A program made the translations under genes and the position numbers. A DNA stretch of 32,000 nt, from NCBI RefSeq assembly GCF_000017305.1, contig NC_009806.1:1-32000 (forward strand), written 5' to 3'. Numbering within the stretch: position 1 is the first letter of the stretch; the number at the start of each line of letters is the position of its first letter. This document shows positions 31,210 through 32,000 of this stretch, piece after piece. The notes under the pieces are model-generated. The model saw nothing but the letters and a program-made list of their open reading frames with translations, was not told the DNA's origin and made no database searches. Source of the stretch: Kineococcus radiotolerans SRS30216 = ATCC BAA-149. GTDB taxonomy: Bacteria; Actinomycetota; Actinomycetes; Actinomycetales; Kineococcaceae.

Positions 31210-31935
31210 TCAGCTGCGTCGGCGCCGGCGGGTCAGCGCGACGACGACACCGGCGATGACGGCCAGGGCTAGCGCCACCGCCCCCAGCAGGAGAGCCGTC
31301 GATGTCCCCGAGTTCGTCGAGGCGACGGAGTCAGTGCTCGGAGTCGATGACGTTGAAGTGGTGGGCGAGGCGGCCGGCGACGTCGGCGATGTCGATGACG
31401 ACGTCGCTGACGGCGTCGGCGATGTTGATGGCGGCGTCATGGTCGACGTGGCCACTGCAGCAGGCGTGGGAGCAGCGGTGGCGGTGAAGCCGAAGGAGCC
31501 CGAGATGGGGTGCCCGTCGGAGGAGGTCACCCGCCACTGCACCTCGTAGGTTCCGGCGGGGCTGGCGGGGGTCACCGCCTGAGTGATGGTGGTGCCGTCC
31601 ACTTGCGCCTGCCCGGTAGAGACCACCCCGGAGGGTCCACTGACCTGGACCTGCGCGCCCAGGGAGACCAGCTCAGCCGACATGGTCAGCTGCACCGTCG
31701 CCGGCGCCACGTCCACCGTGGCGCCCTCAGCCGGGATCGAGGAAACCAGCCGGTCGTGAGCGGCAGCAGGTCCAGCCAGCAGCACAGGCACACCCAGCCC
31801 CACCACGGCTCCCGCCAGCACCCCCACAGCCGACCCCACGACTCGGGTGGCCGCGGTCCCGCTCACGCGGCGGGCGCGGCCCCCGGGGCGCGGCGGCGCG
31901 TCTGGCAGGCGCTTGAGGCCGGCGAGGAAGGGCAT
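31210..31935 (-). CDS. copC: CopC-domain copper-resistance/chaperone protein with S/T/P-rich stalk and C-terminal TM anchor
   Basis: Signal peptide ending AAA|HDRLVSSIPAEG (mature N-terminal His typical of CopC). YEVQWRVTSSDGHPISGSFGFT. C-terminal ALLLGAVALALAVIAGVVVAL-TRRRRRS. Confidence 0.8.
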   Translation of the reverse strand: MPFLAGLKRLPDAPPRPGGRARRVSGTAATRVVGSAVGVLAGAVVGLGVPVLLAGPAAAHDRLVSSIPAEGATVDVAPATVQLTMSAELVSLGAQVQVSGPSGVVSTGQAQVDGTTITQAVTPASPAGTYEVQWRVTSSDGHPISGSFGFTATAAPTPAAVATSTMTPPSTSPTPSATSSSTSPTSPAASPTTSTSSTPSTDSVASTNSGTSTALLLGAVALALAVIAGVVVALTRRRRRS

Positions 31936-32000
31936 GAGCCCACTGTAGAGGTTGCTACGACGCCGCGTCGTAGTCCTTCCTCATGCATCCAGCACCTCCA

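Overview
High-GC Actinomycetota chromosomal segment; the genus cannot be assigned from sequence alone. No rRNA, tRNA or CRISPR array was recognised.

Left third (1-9.9 kb): a largely co-directional array of accessory and orphan genes headed by an Lsr2-family nucleoid protein. It holds the most unusual content of the window.
- A eukaryotic-like Ser/Thr kinase is translationally coupled (GTGA overlap) to a 465-aa protein. That protein's motif order and spacing (D-x-x-G-F ... ~230 aa ... C-x-C-x-x-C ... H) resemble the tRNA-guanine transglycosylase/DpdA superfamily.
- A convergent PD-(D/E)xK nuclease-like protein carries a winged-helix insertion.
- A membrane-anchored NERD protein follows.
- Upstream lie two large orphan proteins (tandem ribbon-helix-helix-like N-terminus; C-terminal TM anchor) and a 55-aa ORF with a strong SD that is absent from the ORF track.
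- I regard this as a candidate undescribed conflict/defence or nucleic-acid-modification locus. This rests on motif reading only.

Middle (10-16.4 kb): a lipoprotein, an HSL-type alpha/beta hydrolase, and an operon encoding a secreted D/H/R-rich repeat protein, a HisKA_3 sensor kinase and a LuxR-type response regulator.

Right half (16.4-32 kb): a metal-homeostasis-rich neighbourhood interspersed with other genes.
- Metal genes: mntP, a VIT1/CCC1 transporter, a Zur-like Fur regulator, a CmtR-like ArsR + CzcN/ICMT-like + czcD operon, and copC.
- Other genes: a decayed tyrosine-integrase relic, an orphan CHASE-domain histidine kinase with a degenerate H-box, mprF, lepB and a secreted 5'-nucleotidase.

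Several intergenic or promoter-proximal short tandem-repeat arrays (13-19 bp units) recur through the window. Many long antisense ORFs in the track are high-GC artefacts.
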